The notes under the pieces: generated by a model | Databases searched by the model: none | The model's input: only the letters and a program-made list of their open reading frames with translations | Told to the model about the DNA's origin: nothing | Shown: piece by piece, positions 63,606 through 64,000 of the stretch | Position numbering within the stretch: position 1 is the stretch's first letter | How the letters are laid out: each line of letters opens with the position of its first letter | Program-made: the position numbers and the translations under genes | NCBI GenBank assembly: GCA_013239625.1 | Contig: MU054220.1 | Coordinates: 124,001 to 188,000, forward strand | Source: Lama guanicoe | Lineage: Eukaryota | DNA: 64,000 bases | Reading direction: 5' to 3'

Positions 63606-64000
63606 GTGCAAAAGCACATTTGCTTGGTTGGATATGCGAGGATAATGAATATCGGTGACCATGGTTTAGTTTTGACCTTTGAAGGAGGGAACCATGTGAA
63701 TCGCAGTGGGGAGAGGCTTTCATACAGGAGAGAATAAATGCAGAGATATTGTGTAGGAATAAATGCTGGTAGATGTTCTGCATAAGAACTGTTAGGTTGA
63801 TACGTAAACTTATTCCAAATTTAGGGAAATAGCCTTAGTTTGCACTCTAATTCTGAGAAGATCGTCTTGTTGCAATTAAAGAATAAAGATACTCTTTTAA
63901 GAAGAGAACGAGTTTTCACAAAATCATAATTAAAAATTAATAAATAGAAAGGAAGGAGGGAAAGGCAAACACAAAACTTAAAATTACCTCTGAAGGACAC

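Noticed and set aside
19559..63783. Numerous 60-120 aa intergenic ORFs
   Set aside because: Low-complexity or repeat-derived, many with non-ATG starts, and no recognisable domains.
1..64000. Greek-island-type OR enhancer; CRISPR or other prokaryotic system
   Set aside because: No dense cluster of composite Lhx2/EBF motifs was recognisable by eye. The sequence is mammalian and has no repeat-spacer array.

Overview
Mammalian genomic DNA (AT-rich, repeat-dense) containing a tandem class II olfactory receptor (OR) cluster. All seven ORs are on the minus strand: four OR8K3-like paralogs (about 1-938, 7289-8230, 15160-16099, 24281-25222) in 7-9 kb duplication units, two more divergent OR8K-family genes (32964-33935, 40782-41765) and an OR8J2-like gene (51344-52291). 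Two OR8K3-like copies look frameshifted. Two tRNA-Ala-derived SINEs resemble the camelid Vic-1 family, suggesting alpaca/camel (inference). Each OR8K gene has an upstream module 2-4 kb from its ATG: an O/E (EBF) site, homeodomain-like motifs and a splice donor, paired with an acceptor about 21-23 nt before the aligned Met. The coding regions show patchy near-identity consistent with gene conversion. Intergenic DNA holds L1, L2, MIR, MER20, MLT1/MLT2 and many ERV solo LTRs, three with readable target-site duplications (TSDs), plus a roughly 720 bp tandem duplication and a 61-N gap. I found no wholly new biological system. The most interesting items are the conserved promoter/exon-1 cassette, a frameshifted OR with a possible upstream-ATG rescue, the conversion mosaic and an inverted-LTR deletion junction. 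Family names come from my recall of consensus sequences, not a database search. Repeat boundaries without TSDs are approximate.
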